This document shows positions 18,914 to 28,027 of a stretch of 64,000 nt of DNA, piece by piece. The notes under the pieces were generated by a model. It was not told the origin of the DNA, searched no databases, and saw nothing but the letters and a program-made list of their open reading frames with translations. Source of the DNA: Bacteriovorax sp. (GTDB taxonomy: Bacteria > Bdellovibrionota > Bacteriovoracia > Bacteriovoracales > Bacteriovoracaceae); the NCBI GenBank assembly GCA_040377165.1, contig JBEIPI010000003.1, positions 727 to 64,726 of the forward strand, read 5' to 3'. The position numbers and the translations under genes were made by a program. The first letter of the stretch is position 1. The number at the start of each line of letters is the position of its first letter.

Positions 18914-20422
18914 ATGAAAAAACTAATGATTTTGGTCTTGGTTTTGACGATGAGTGTGGCAAATGCCAACGTCGTTAATCCACTTCCTACAGTGAAGTCA
19001 AACCTGGATGGAATGCTTAAAGCTGCTGAAGGCAGAAAAACTTTCAGCGAAATGAAGAAAATCGCCAACGACAGAAACACTGACGTTGACGTAGCATTCG
19101 AAAACTATATCATCGCAAAAAGAAACGTTTCTGCAGCGAGAGCTCAATTTAACCCGCTTACAACTGGTCATCTTCTGGGGATTTCCCTAGGGCTGACATA
19201 TTTTTGGGCGCCAATCGCGATTGAAGCAGTTCTTTCAATCCCGACAAAGATCTACAATGTTTCTAAGAACAAGTACCTTGAGAAAGCTGCACTATACAAC
19301 CTATACGATGCACGCGATGTTCTTAACAACGAACTTGCTCACCTTTACTACGATATCCTTACTCATGAAGTCATCCTTAAGACGATTGACCAGGAAGTTC
19401 AGATCCTTACTTACCAACAGGATAGATGGACGGAAAGAAAATTCCCGGCAGAGAGAATCGCTGATCTTAAGAAGTGGATCCTTCGTCTAGGAATGGAAAG
19501 AGTAGACATCTATAACATGTATACTGCAGAGCTTGCAGCGATCAGAACCCTGATTAGCACGACAAGCAACAAGTATGAGCTTGCTCAAGTTTCAACTTTA
19601 TTAAACAAGAACATCATCGCTAATCTTGACGAAGCGAACCTTCAAAAGTTCTCTCTTGTTAACAGCGACAAGTACAAAACAGCTATCAATCTTCACCGCG
19701 CTTCTGAGCAAAATGTGAAGGCGGTTAAATGGTCGATCCTTTCTTGGTCAGGTTTAAACCTTTCTTACAAGAGAAGAGTTCAGGAAGCTAAAAACGAAGA
19801 GAATATCTCTGAGTTAAGAAAGCAGACAGTTGCCCAAGAAGTAAAAACAAATGTACTTCTTCAACTTTCTAAGCTTGATTCATCAATCGATGTTTTCTCG
19901 AACTACAACTCAATTTCAGACGAATCTCTTCAAATGTTCGCTGACTCTTACGAGTCAAGCCAAATGGGTCAACTGAGTGAAGACGCTGTTATTGAAGTAG
20001 CTCTTAGCGCGATCCGTGACTTCAGAAACAAAACGGTAGCTCACTATGCTGCATGGTCATCATTTGATGATTTCGCAACTTCAGCTAACCATGATTTTTC
20101 TACTGCAAAACTTTCTGAGAAATCACTTCAGGATCAGATGGAAAATAGCCCTTTCTATCAACTTGAAGAAGGAGATTTTTCTATCGTGAAGAAATCAGAA
20201 ATGAACGCATTCGTTCTTTCTCTTCAGACTGATAAGACAGAAGCTGTTGCAGAAGTTGATTACATCTTTGCTAACGGTGGATTACCGAACCGCTCAAACG
20301 ACAACGCTAAGACTAACTTCTTAGTGACTGTTCGTGGTGAAAACCTTCCAGACCTAGTGTCTGGTGTAGCGATCGTAACACTGAAAAATGGACATCAATT
20401 TAATATTAAATTTAAGCTATAG
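18914..20422 (+). CDS. TolC-like protein with extra C-terminal domain
   Basis: Signal peptide; AARAQFNP motif; YESSQMGQLS turn; helical repeats; about 100-aa C-terminal beta domain. Confidence 0.65.
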   Translation: MKKLMILVLVLTMSVANANVVNPLPTVKSNLDGMLKAAEGRKTFSEMKKIANDRNTDVDVAFENYIIAKRNVSAARAQFNPLTTGHLLGISLGLTYFWAPIAIEAVLSIPTKIYNVSKNKYLEKAALYNLYDARDVLNNELAHLYYDILTHEVILKTIDQEVQILTYQQDRWTERKFPAERIADLKKWILRLGMERVDIYNMYTAELAAIRTLISTTSNKYELAQVSTLLNKNIIANLDEANLQKFSLVNSDKYKTAINLHRASEQNVKAVKWSILSWSGLNLSYKRRVQEAKNEENISELRKQTVAQEVKTNVLLQLSKLDSSIDVFSNYNSISDESLQMFADSYESSQMGQLSEDAVIEVALSAIRDFRNKTVAHYAAWSSFDDFATSANHDFSTAKLSEKSLQDQMENSPFYQLEEGDFSIVKKSEMNAFVLSLQTDKTEAVAEVDYIFANGGLPNRSNDNAKTNFLVTVRGENLPDLVSGVAIVTLKNGHQFNIKFKL

Positions 20423-20441
20423 AATTTAAACTGAGGTAAAT

Positions 20442-21734
20442 ATGAAAAAACTATTATTGATTTTGGCACTAGTTGCATCTGTCCCGGCCTTTGCACTAAA
20501 CGCAAAGCTTGAACCAGCTACGAAAATGGTAGAAACATGTCTTGCAGAGCAAGGTGTTCTACTTTGTAACCCTGAAATCACTGAAGTGTTAAAGACTGTA
20601 AGTCTTGATGCTCGCGGTGAATTCGTTTATTACCTAAAAGACCTGGTAGTTAAGAATGAAACAGAAGCGGTTATCAAGAACCTTTACACTGAACTTCAAG
20701 TTCTAGTTCCAGTTTATGAAAAACTAGACGGATGTTCTGAGTGGTCATGCCGTGACCTTAAGATCTTCCTAGGGGACGTTTCAGTTCGTTACGTAAAGAT
20801 CTCTCCAATTGACTCTGCTCTTTACATTACTCTTTATAAAGCTCAAGCGGTTCAATCTGGACGTTACAACCTTCTTGTAACTTTATCTGCCAAAGCTCAG
20901 ACAGCTAAGACTGTGGAGGAGATGGATGAAATGGTAAGATTCGCTGAATTCGCGAAAAACTACTCTCGCACTATTGGTGATGAGTATTATCTGTACCAAG
21001 CTGGTGTTGCGATCGTAAAAGACATGACTCTTGCGGCCCTTAAAATTCGTCCAGGACACGAAGGTGTTTACAGCGTGACTTTCGATGACCCGGCCGCTGC
21101 TAAGAACCTTAGAATCGACAACGTAATTGTTATGGAGTCTAACGACCGTGATGCTCTTGTTGTTAATTTTGTTGCTTCTCAATCAAGAATCATTAAAGTT
21201 TCTTTTAAGCAAGCTGGTCTTCTTGGAAACACGTTCTTCTCTAACGAAGCTGTTTACAACAACGACAATAATCAGGACATCCAGTCTCCATTCTTTAAAA
21301 TGGAGCTAGATAGAGAAACAAAAACTGTAAAAGGTTATTTCGCTTCAGCTCGTTACGGGAAAGCTACTTTTTCAGGGAAGCTTACTCAATCAAACATCGC
21401 TGTTTACGGACAAGCTAACGTAGAAGGTCTTTCACTTGAACAACTTCTTGGTAAGCACTCGGTTAAAGTTGGTAACTACGACATGACTTTAAATATCATC
21501 AAGAGAAGCGAAGACCAAAAAGCTATTTACGAAGGTTCACTTGTTAATAGCAACGCTCTTCTGACTTTCTCTAAAGTGACAATCGATTCAGCTAAAGGAA
21601 TCGTATCACTGGTAGACTCTAGAAACGAAAGAAAACTTACTCTTGGAGTGACTGATGTTTCGAATTCTCCTGTATTCAAAGGACAATTCTTAAATGCTCC
21701 ACAGGCTAAGATCTTAGATGTTGTATCAAAATAA
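20442..21734 (+). CDS. Secreted hypothetical protein (helical N-half, beta-rich C-half)
   Basis: Signal peptide (PAFA), GAGG RBS, same biased codon usage as the two upstream genes. Confidence 0.8.
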   Translation: MKKLLLILALVASVPAFALNAKLEPATKMVETCLAEQGVLLCNPEITEVLKTVSLDARGEFVYYLKDLVVKNETEAVIKNLYTELQVLVPVYEKLDGCSEWSCRDLKIFLGDVSVRYVKISPIDSALYITLYKAQAVQSGRYNLLVTLSAKAQTAKTVEEMDEMVRFAEFAKNYSRTIGDEYYLYQAGVAIVKDMTLAALKIRPGHEGVYSVTFDDPAAAKNLRIDNVIVMESNDRDALVVNFVASQSRIIKVSFKQAGLLGNTFFSNEAVYNNDNNQDIQSPFFKMELDRETKTVKGYFASARYGKATFSGKLTQSNIAVYGQANVEGLSLEQLLGKHSVKVGNYDMTLNIIKRSEDQKAIYEGSLVNSNALLTFSKVTIDSAKGIVSLVDSRNERKLTLGVTDVSNSPVFKGQFLNAPQAKILDVVSK

Positions 21735-21755
21735 TCTTTTGGTTAAATAAGATAT

Positions 21756-21789
21756 AAAAAAGGCCGCTCGGATGAGCGGCCTTTTTTTT
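21756..21789. terminator. Bidirectional intrinsic terminator
   Basis: A6-GGCCGCTC-GGAT-GAGCGGCC-T8 between convergent genes. Confidence 0.9.
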
Positions 21790-21796
21790 GCCATTT

Positions 21797-22714
21797 TTAG
21801 AAGTAGAGGAGAAGACCGCCGCGGACAACTGAGACCTTCTGGTTGTAATGGAGAAGGCTTTCGGCATATCCACTATAGTATTGAACATAAAATGTAGGGT
21901 TGAAGTTTTCAGAGCCAAGGTTGTAAAGAAGCCCCAGTTCACGACCACCTTTTGCAATATCCACCACATCTTTTCCGGCAAACAATCTATACTCCACGTC
22001 CAGCCTGCTTGCCCCCCAGACCAGGATGTGGGTGATCATCATTCGAAGGTCCCAGTACCCCATGTGGTCCACGATGTCCTTGTTACCGTCCGCTTTGCTA
22101 TAAATATGCTGGAGTTTTAATTCCCCAAGCAGATTATGCCTCCCCCATGAAGTGGCCATATTGGTTTTTAAAAACACTCTGTTAATTGAGCGGGATTTAT
22201 CGCCATCTTCCCCGTTTGATGTGTGAAGCATTCCAATGTCCATAGATCTAAGAAAGCGATTTTTATTTTCAAAAAGCCTGTAGAAAGCTTCAGGATTGTA
22301 GTTGATATCATCGAAGGGAGCTGATTGTTCGTAAATATTCCAGAACATTGTCTGGGTGAAAGCAAGATACAGATTATAGTTTTTTGCTACTCTATACTTG
22401 GCGGAAAATTGCAATTTTAAGTTGTCCTTCCCAAAGATGAAATAGGTCGGTTGGTAAAGGGAGAATTTGTTGGCAGGATCGGCCCCAAAGATTTCACTGG
22501 AAGCCTCTTTAATGTTCTCCTTTTGCTCCTGACGAATGTCCTCAATCTTTGCCCGCTCTTCTTTTGAATTGGCAGGAGGGAGCGTTTGATTATCAATTGT
22601 TTCGGTCTGAATATTGTATTTTGAGTTTTGTGTTTCAGCTTCAACGGCGAAAGCTGGGATATTGACTAGAGTCGCGGCCGTGATCACGACTCTGGTCCAT
22701 AGAGATTTTAGCAT
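21797..22714 (-). CDS. pldA: Outer-membrane phospholipase A (OMPLA)
   Basis: KLQFSAK, FTQTMFW, NYNPE, catalytic HTSNG...SRSINR, YSGYAESLLHYN, C-terminal Phe. Confidence 0.9.
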   Translation of the reverse strand: MLKSLWTRVVITAATLVNIPAFAVEAETQNSKYNIQTETIDNQTLPPANSKEERAKIEDIRQEQKENIKEASSEIFGADPANKFSLYQPTYFIFGKDNLKLQFSAKYRVAKNYNLYLAFTQTMFWNIYEQSAPFDDINYNPEAFYRLFENKNRFLRSMDIGMLHTSNGEDGDKSRSINRVFLKTNMATSWGRHNLLGELKLQHIYSKADGNKDIVDHMGYWDLRMMITHILVWGASRLDVEYRLFAGKDVVDIAKGGRELGLLYNLGSENFNPTFYVQYYSGYAESLLHYNQKVSVVRGGLLLYF

Positions 22715-22892
22715 CAGAATTCCTTAGTAAATTTAATTCATTAATGGCCTGATATTTTTCTTTTTTTCATCTATGACAAATTCTTATCAACGCGGATGTT
22801 TCGAAAAAGATTTTTAGAGACCCAGGCTTCGTATTATGGGCCTTCTGTTACCTGCAGGGTAGAGAAAGCCCTATTACTAATTATTTAAACAG

Positions 22893-23075
22893 CTATGGAA
22901 TGTGCTTCCCGTTTCCACCCCTGATTAGGCCAACGACGAAACTTAGGATGGCCAGGACAATGAAAACCATTAATAAAACCTTGCCAACTTCAATTGAAAC
23001 CCCGGCAATACCGTAGGCCCCAAATAGCATGGCAATTAGCCCCAAAACGAAAAAAACAATGGCTGATCGCAACAT
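22893..23075 (-). CDS. DUF1328 (YtjA-like) small membrane protein
   Basis: MLRSAIVFFVLGLIAMLFGAYGIAG matches the family pattern; AAGGAG RBS; start corrected from the track. Confidence 0.85.
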   Translation of the reverse strand: MLRSAIVFFVLGLIAMLFGAYGIAGVSIEVGKVLLMVFIVLAILSFVVGLIRGGNGKHIP

Positions 23076-23119
23076 AATATCTCCTTTAGATGAGGTTGAT
23101 AACTCTCGGCTTTTTATAA

Positions 23120-23135
23120 AGCACATATTATGCCA
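23120..23135 (-). promoter_or_regulatory. sigma54 promoter
   Basis: TGGCATAATATGTGCT (GG-N10-GC), about 45 bp upstream of DUF1328. Confidence 0.75.
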
Positions 23136-23174
23136 CATAGGACTTATTTGATTACTTATACTTAAGTTATCCTC

Positions 23175-23210
23175 TTGACATTAAAAGGGAATTATGCCAC
23201 ACTTGCCACA
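23175..23210 (+). promoter_or_regulatory. sigma70 -35 (TTGACA) of the activator gene overlapping an enhancer-like motif
   Basis: TTGACA at 23175-23180; AAGGGAA-TTA-TGCCACA at 23185-23201; second TGCCACA at 23204-23210. Confidence 0.5.
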
Positions 23211-23248
23211 TCAATGGTGATAAATACCACAGAGAGAAAAAATACCCC

Positions 23249-24652
23249 ATGAAAACAAAAAAACTATCAACGTTAATGATTATTGATGATGACAAAGACC
23301 TACTAGAACTTCTGTGCTCTTTTTTTAAGCAGAGAGGGTACAACGTAGTCACATACGAGGATGCACGTGTGGCCTTGGACGATATTGAGAGTTCAAAGGT
23401 GGCTGCCGATGTTGTTCTTTCTGACTTCAAATTGCCGGTAATGTCGGGTGTGGATTTCATCAAGAGAATCAGAAAAATCAATTTAGTACTTCCCATTATT
23501 TTGATGACAGCAGAGGGAAGCCTTGAAGTTTCTCTGGAGGCGATCGAAGCGGGAGCTTATGACTTTGTCTTAAAGCCACTGCACTTTCCACAGTTGTTAA
23601 TCTCGGTTCAAAGAGCGCTCTTCTTAAATCAGGTTCAGACTGAAAATACCAATCTAAAAAGTCTTTTTACTGAACAGGATTTTCTTGGTCTAAAAGGCGT
23701 TATTGGTAGAAGCCCAGGCTTCAAGCAGGCAATGGAGCTTGCGAAACGTGTCTCTAGCAGCCAGGCCAATATTATCATCAGTGGGGAAAGTGGATCGGGT
23801 AAGGAAGTTGTCGCCCGCGCAGTTCATGAATTAGGTGATAGAAAAAATCAGCCCTTCATTGCTATTAACTGTTCAGCTATTCCTGAGAACTTACTGGAGT
23901 CAGAACTTTTCGGTTACGCCAAAGGGGCCTTCACCGGGGCAATGGGAAGCAAAATCGGTCTTTTTGAAGAGGCCAATAACGGAACGCTTTTCCTCGATGA
24001 GATCGGAGACCTTGCTCTCCCACTTCAAGCTAAACTTCTGCGTGTCTTGCAGGAGAGAAAAATTAAGCGCATTGGTGAAAACCAATCGAGAGATATCACG
24101 GCCAGAATTATCTGTGCGACTCACAAGAATTTAAAGAAGGAAGTTGAGGCCGGAAAATTTAGAGAAGACTTATATTTCCGTTTGAATGTTATTCCGATTT
24201 ATATGCCGCCGTTAAGAGACCGCAAAGAGGATATCCTTCCATTGTCAGAATACTTTTTAAAGAAGTTCAGTCTGATGAACAATGTAACACTGAAAGGTTT
24301 TACTAAAGAGGCAATTAAAAAACTTGAAGGACTTCCTTGGCAAGGGAATGTTCGCGAGCTGGAAAATGCCATCGAAAGAGCAGTTGTCCTTGCGACTTCT
24401 GAATACATTGAGCCAGATGATCTTCCAAGCCATGAACAGACACAGTCAGAAGGGAAACCAGGAGAGAGTGTGAACAATTCATTATTCTCAATTAATTCCT
24501 TGATGACTTTGGATGATGTTTGCAAAAAATATATTGAGTTCATCTTTAAAAGAAATAATTTTGCTAAAGAACAGACAGCAAAAGAATTGGATATTGACCG
24601 TAAGACGCTATACCGTAAGTTAAAGGAAATAGAGACCTATGAACTTAACTAG
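23249..24652 (+). CDS. NtrC-family sigma54-dependent response regulator (REC-AAA+-Fis HTH)
   Basis: IIDDD, phosphoacceptor LSDFKLP, GESGSGKE, GAFTGA, LFLDEIGD, FREDLYFRLNV, WQGNVRELEN, TAKELDIDRKTLYRKL. Confidence 0.97.
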   Translation: MKTKKLSTLMIIDDDKDLLELLCSFFKQRGYNVVTYEDARVALDDIESSKVAADVVLSDFKLPVMSGVDFIKRIRKINLVLPIILMTAEGSLEVSLEAIEAGAYDFVLKPLHFPQLLISVQRALFLNQVQTENTNLKSLFTEQDFLGLKGVIGRSPGFKQAMELAKRVSSSQANIIISGESGSGKEVVARAVHELGDRKNQPFIAINCSAIPENLLESELFGYAKGAFTGAMGSKIGLFEEANNGTLFLDEIGDLALPLQAKLLRVLQERKIKRIGENQSRDITARIICATHKNLKKEVEAGKFREDLYFRLNVIPIYMPPLRDRKEDILPLSEYFLKKFSLMNNVTLKGFTKEAIKKLEGLPWQGNVRELENAIERAVVLATSEYIEPDDLPSHEQTQSEGKPGESVNNSLFSINSLMTLDDVCKKYIEFIFKRNNFAKEQTAKELDIDRKTLYRKLKEIETYELN

Positions 24653-24744
24653 TTTTGCGCGTGGTGTTTATTTAGAACATCCTTGAAGAAATCTTAAATG
24701 TACTGCTTCTTGGATTAGCTTCCAAACAAGTGTAGATTTATTGT

Positions 24745-25032
24745 ATGGAAATCATGAAAGAGCAAAGACTTGTATACTTAACCCGAAGGCAAACAGAAGT
24801 GGCTCAACTTAAAGAAAGCTTGGCCCTGGAAAATTTTGATCTTGCACAGGTTGTAGGGCATCGCCTAAAAGGGCACGGAGAGACTTTTGGCTTCCCTTAC
24901 ATAAGTAGCCTGGGGGTTCCGATGGAGCAGGCAGCGAGGGATAGAGACATGGAAAAACTAAAAGAGATAGTAAAGTCCCTGGATGAAAGTGTCGAAGAAA
25001 ATATTCAAAACATAAATAAGAATCAAAATTAA
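24745..25032 (+). CDS. Stand-alone Hpt phosphotransfer protein
   Basis: GHRLKGHGETFG matches the H-x-L-K-G motif; 95 aa, helical. Confidence 0.85.
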   Translation: MEIMKEQRLVYLTRRQTEVAQLKESLALENFDLAQVVGHRLKGHGETFGFPYISSLGVPMEQAARDRDMEKLKEIVKSLDESVEENIQNINKNQN

Positions 25033-25058
25033 AAAGGGTGGCAATGCCACCCTTTTTT
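25031..25058. terminator. Bidirectional terminator
   Basis: A5-GGGTGGC-AAT-GCCACCC-T6. Confidence 0.85.
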
Positions 25059-25636
25059 TATTCTACCTCTGAATAATCCACCATAATGAGCGCTTTAGAA
25101 GATTTGTTGTTCATGAATGAACTCATTTGAGTGCCAGCAGGTGCAGATCCTGGTTTCTCAAAAATTCTTTTGGTTTTGTAGTCATCACCACGGAAGAACT
25201 CATTAACCTTGTTTGGTCTTTTGGCCATGTTATAAGTGGCATAGTCACCATCAGTATCAAGGTCGTCTTTCAGGTATTTTTCGATGGCCTTAGAGCGCTC
25301 GTTTGCAATTTTCACATCCTGCTTTGTAAGCTTACCACCTTTGGCAGGATACTCTTTATCGGCCCATGCCAGAATATGAATATCATCAAACTCTCTGCCA
25401 TCTTTCTTGGCGGCAGCGACAAATTCCTTTAGGTCTCTTTTGCTTTTTTCGCTCAGTTTTTGTGTCCCTTTGTCGAACTCTAGGACTGCGTAGTAAGCAT
25501 CATTATCGGATTTCTCTGCTACAACTTTTTGAGGGACGGCATCATTGGCCTTTGCTGTCTGTATATTATCTGAAGAGGTGCACGAAGCCATAGACAAAGC
25601 GAGAACAAGAAAAGGAAAGACATACTTGATTTTCAT
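25058..25636 (-). CDS. Lipoprotein with OmpA-like C-terminal domain
   Basis: Lipobox MASC; LEFDKG...ILAWAD...IANERSKAIEKYL; GGAG RBS. Confidence 0.65.
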   Translation of the reverse strand: MKIKYVFPFLVLALSMASCTSSDNIQTAKANDAVPQKVVAEKSDNDAYYAVLEFDKGTQKLSEKSKRDLKEFVAAAKKDGREFDDIHILAWADKEYPAKGGKLTKQDVKIANERSKAIEKYLKDDLDTDGDYATYNMAKRPNKVNEFFRGDDYKTKRIFEKPGSAPAGTQMSSFMNNKSSKALIMVDYSEVE

Positions 25637-25689
25637 TTTTAACTCCAAACTAATTTGAGCTTCTTCATTGAAGCTTTTTCATTTCTAAA

Positions 25690-25705
25690 AGCAAGACTCA
25701 TTCCC
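25690..25705 (-). promoter_or_regulatory. sigma54 promoter
   Basis: GGGAATGAGTCTTGCT (GG-N10-GC), about 54 bp upstream of the lipoprotein. Confidence 0.55.
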
Positions 25706-25822
25706 ATATTTAGCGTGGCTATTTTCTTTTAAAGAAGACAATTTGCCTCAAGGTTTTTGACGGTTTTTTCTCCGCTCATATAATTTTAGTACGTTCTCTC
25801 ATGCCTCATATGGAGACAAAAT

Positions 25823-25838
25823 TGGCGAGCAAGTTGCT
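25823..25838 (+). promoter_or_regulatory. sigma54 promoter
   Basis: TGGCGAGCAAGTTGCT, followed by GGAGG and ATG at 25861. Confidence 0.65.
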
Positions 25839-25860
25839 AATATCCACACGGGAGGTAATT

Positions 25861-26064
25861 ATGAGCAGCATCACTTTTTTATTAGGTACAAGTCTTTTGA
25901 AGAAAGACAAAAAGATCAAAGTAGATTTGAGAGAGAAAAAGGCAAAATTTCCTCGTCGCTCCAGAAGAGATGCATCAGTAGAATGTTTTCTTCGAAAGGC
26001 CCTTGGAAATGGACTCATCCAGGTCGAAGACAAACTGCCATACAATAATGGTGTTCCATTTTGA
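25861..26064 (+). CDS. Small basic protein; 3' end runs through the left IS inverted repeat
   Basis: GGAGG RBS and sigma54 site; 67 aa, Lys/Arg-rich; last ~11 codons come from IS sequence. Confidence 0.55.
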   Translation: MSSITFLLGTSLLKKDKKIKVDLREKKAKFPRRSRRDASVECFLRKALGNGLIQVEDKLPYNNGVPF

Positions 26065-27157
26065 TTTGCACTTTCAATTTTTTGATTTTGAAATTTTGTT
26101 AACACTTATTAAATCAATTAGGTAAGTTTCATGAATAGAAGTCACTCTTGAATAATCTAGTTCATGAATCAAGGCTGCCCAAATAAATCATGCAAAGTAT
26201 TTCACCAAAAAGTCTTTCAAGTTAAAGATGGGTATTTTTTTCGCCGTGATGACTCCCGCAGAATCCAACGCTTTAAATGTAAGATTTGCCTTATCAGATA
26301 CTCCAAATCCACTCATACATTAGAGTTTGCTCAAAAAAAGCGACGCTTTAATATGATGATCAGATCCAATCTTGCTTCTGGCATGTCAATGCGCTCGTGC
26401 GCATACAATTTGAAGCTTGCAAGAAAAACGATTGAAAGAAAGTTTGTCTATTTGGCAAAAAAAGCTCGGATCAATCAAAAAGAGTTACTCAAAAAATGGA
26501 GTGAAAATCCTTTAAATGAAATCCAATTTGATGATCTCATTTCAAGCGTGCACACCAAGTTGAAGCCTATTTCTATTTCAGTGGTTGTTGACCCAAAGTC
26601 ATTTCAGGTGTTAGGTGCGCGGGCGGCTGAGATCCCGGCATTTGGAAAAACAGCCGAAATCTCGAGGAGAAAATATGGAAAAAGGAAAAATCGACATCCA
26701 AAAATTCTCTCTGAACTTCTGTTTGATTTGAAGTCGAGTATCGCGAGTGAAGTGAATTTTAAAACAGACGAGCACAAACGTTATGCTGAAATTATCGCAG
26801 GCCACTTTCCTTGTGCCAAACACCAAACCTACAAAGGTCAGCGCGCTTCAATTGTTGGCATGGGAGAGCTCAAAACCAGAAGCTTTGATCCGCTCTTTGC
26901 GATCAATCATACACTCGCTTGCTTTCGTGGTGGGATGAACAGGCTTTTTCGAAGGACCTGGTGCACGAGTAAGACGCTAAAACATACTCAGGATCACATT
27001 GATATTTTTGTGGATTACTATAATGAGAAGAAAGAGAAGATGAGTGCTAAGAAGTAAGAAAACCTGAAAGAAGGCAAAAATTTTATATCTTTAAAAATAA
27101 AAAAACGAATATTAAATCTTCATCTTTTTCTTGGTCACCATTATTGTATGGCAGTTT
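26032..27157 (+). mobile_element. Insertion sequence, 1126 bp, IS1/IS1595-like
   Basis: Perfect 22-bp terminal inverted repeats AAACTGCCATACAATAATGGTG (26032-26053) and CACCATTATTGTATGGCAGTTT (27136-27157) flanking one transposase ORF; no target duplication seen. Confidence 0.88.
26164..27057 (+). CDS. Transposase (Zn ribbon + HTH + IS1-like catalytic domain)
   Basis: CPNKSC...QRFKCKIC zinc ribbon; GMSMRSCAYNLKLARKTIERK HTH; IQFDD; KTDEH; RLFRRTWCTSK resembles the IS1 RLxRKxxxFSK motif. Confidence 0.85.
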   Translation: MNQGCPNKSCKVFHQKVFQVKDGYFFRRDDSRRIQRFKCKICLIRYSKSTHTLEFAQKKRRFNMMIRSNLASGMSMRSCAYNLKLARKTIERKFVYLAKKARINQKELLKKWSENPLNEIQFDDLISSVHTKLKPISISVVVDPKSFQVLGARAAEIPAFGKTAEISRRKYGKRKNRHPKILSELLFDLKSSIASEVNFKTDEHKRYAEIIAGHFPCAKHQTYKGQRASIVGMGELKTRSFDPLFAINHTLACFRGGMNRLFRRTWCTSKTLKHTQDHIDIFVDYYNEKKEKMSAKK

Positions 27158-27263
27158 TTTCGTTTACAGTCGGTGGTTGGGCCGGAGTTGTCGGAGGTGG
27201 TGTCTCCCTGCTACAGTTGGTGATTATTGCTAAAAAGAATCCAATTATTGCGAACTTTTTCAT
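27141..27263 (-). CDS. 40-aa Pro/Thr-rich lipoprotein (not in ORF track)
   Basis: MKKFAIIGFFLAIITNCSRETPPPTTPAQPPTVNEKTAIQ*; GGAG RBS; stop codon lies inside the right IS repeat. Confidence 0.6.
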   Translation of the reverse strand: MKKFAIIGFFLAIITNCSRETPPPTTPAQPPTVNEKTAIQ

Positions 27264-27281
27264 TTTTACTCCATCTTGCCT

Positions 27282-27923
27282 CTAGGATTTTATAAAATAG
27301 GAAGATTGTGAAACTAATGCCCCGATATAACGATTTACTTTTTTCATGAAATCGCCGGACCATTGGTAGATATTCCTCTTTGCCCCGTGGACGCTGTAGT
27401 AAATCTCTCTTTGAAGATAAGGGTGGTTCTCCAGGTCCTGAGGAGTGAACTGTCTGAGGATCATGTATTGAAAACCCATTTCGTTGAGGATTTCAGGGTA
27501 AAGTGACTTAAGTAAAAGAGGAAGAAAAGTTTCATTCTTTTTAGTTATGAAAAAATCCACCTGTCGGGCCAGTTTTTTGATTTTTGCATAGGTGATATCG
27601 TCTAGTTTTTTCAAGTCATTGATCCTCGAAGAAAGTTTTTCGGCGGAGCTGGCGATAAGTGTGCATTTAATAATTTGTTCAAGCACTTGATTGTGAAGTT
27701 CATCCATATCGATGAGTGAATCATAGACTGTTTTTTCAGTTGAAGATGTATATTTGGAAAGTGTATCAAGGAACGTTCTGGCATAAAAAAGTCTTTCTTT
27801 GTCATGAACATCTTCAGTCAGTAGAATACAGGTGCACTCTTTAAGATAGGAGTGATCCACTGAAAGTATTTCAATGATGTTGAACTTATTGTTTCCCGTA
27901 ATTTCTTCTTTGATGTTTTCCAT
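27282..27923 (-). CDS. Degenerate hemerythrin-like (HHE) protein
   Basis: Collinear paralog of 33232..33837 (KFNI..L..DH.YLKEC; ILNEMGFQ) with most His/Glu ligands replaced. Confidence 0.7.
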   Translation of the reverse strand: MENIKEEITGNNKFNIIEILSVDHSYLKECTCILLTEDVHDKERLFYARTFLDTLSKYTSSTEKTVYDSLIDMDELHNQVLEQIIKCTLIASSAEKLSSRINDLKKLDDITYAKIKKLARQVDFFITKKNETFLPLLLKSLYPEILNEMGFQYMILRQFTPQDLENHPYLQREIYYSVHGAKRNIYQWSGDFMKKVNRYIGALVSQSSYFIKS

Positions 27924-27982
27924 AAACTCCCTCCGTAGACTCCATAGATTTATATGTATTTTTTTTGATTGATTAAGAATTA

Positions 27983-28008
27983 AAGCTCTGCCCGCGAGGG
28001 CAGAGCTT
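27983..28008. terminator. Stem-loop downstream of the CsbD-like gene
   Basis: AAGCTCTGCCC-GCGA-GGGCAGAGCTT. Confidence 0.7.
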
Positions 28009-28027
28009 CAACAAGCGTAATTTAAAA

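Noticed and set aside
26020-27170. Target-site duplication around the IS
   Set aside because: Left flank (GTCGAAGAC) and right flank (TTTCGTTTA) share no direct repeat for any end position tried.
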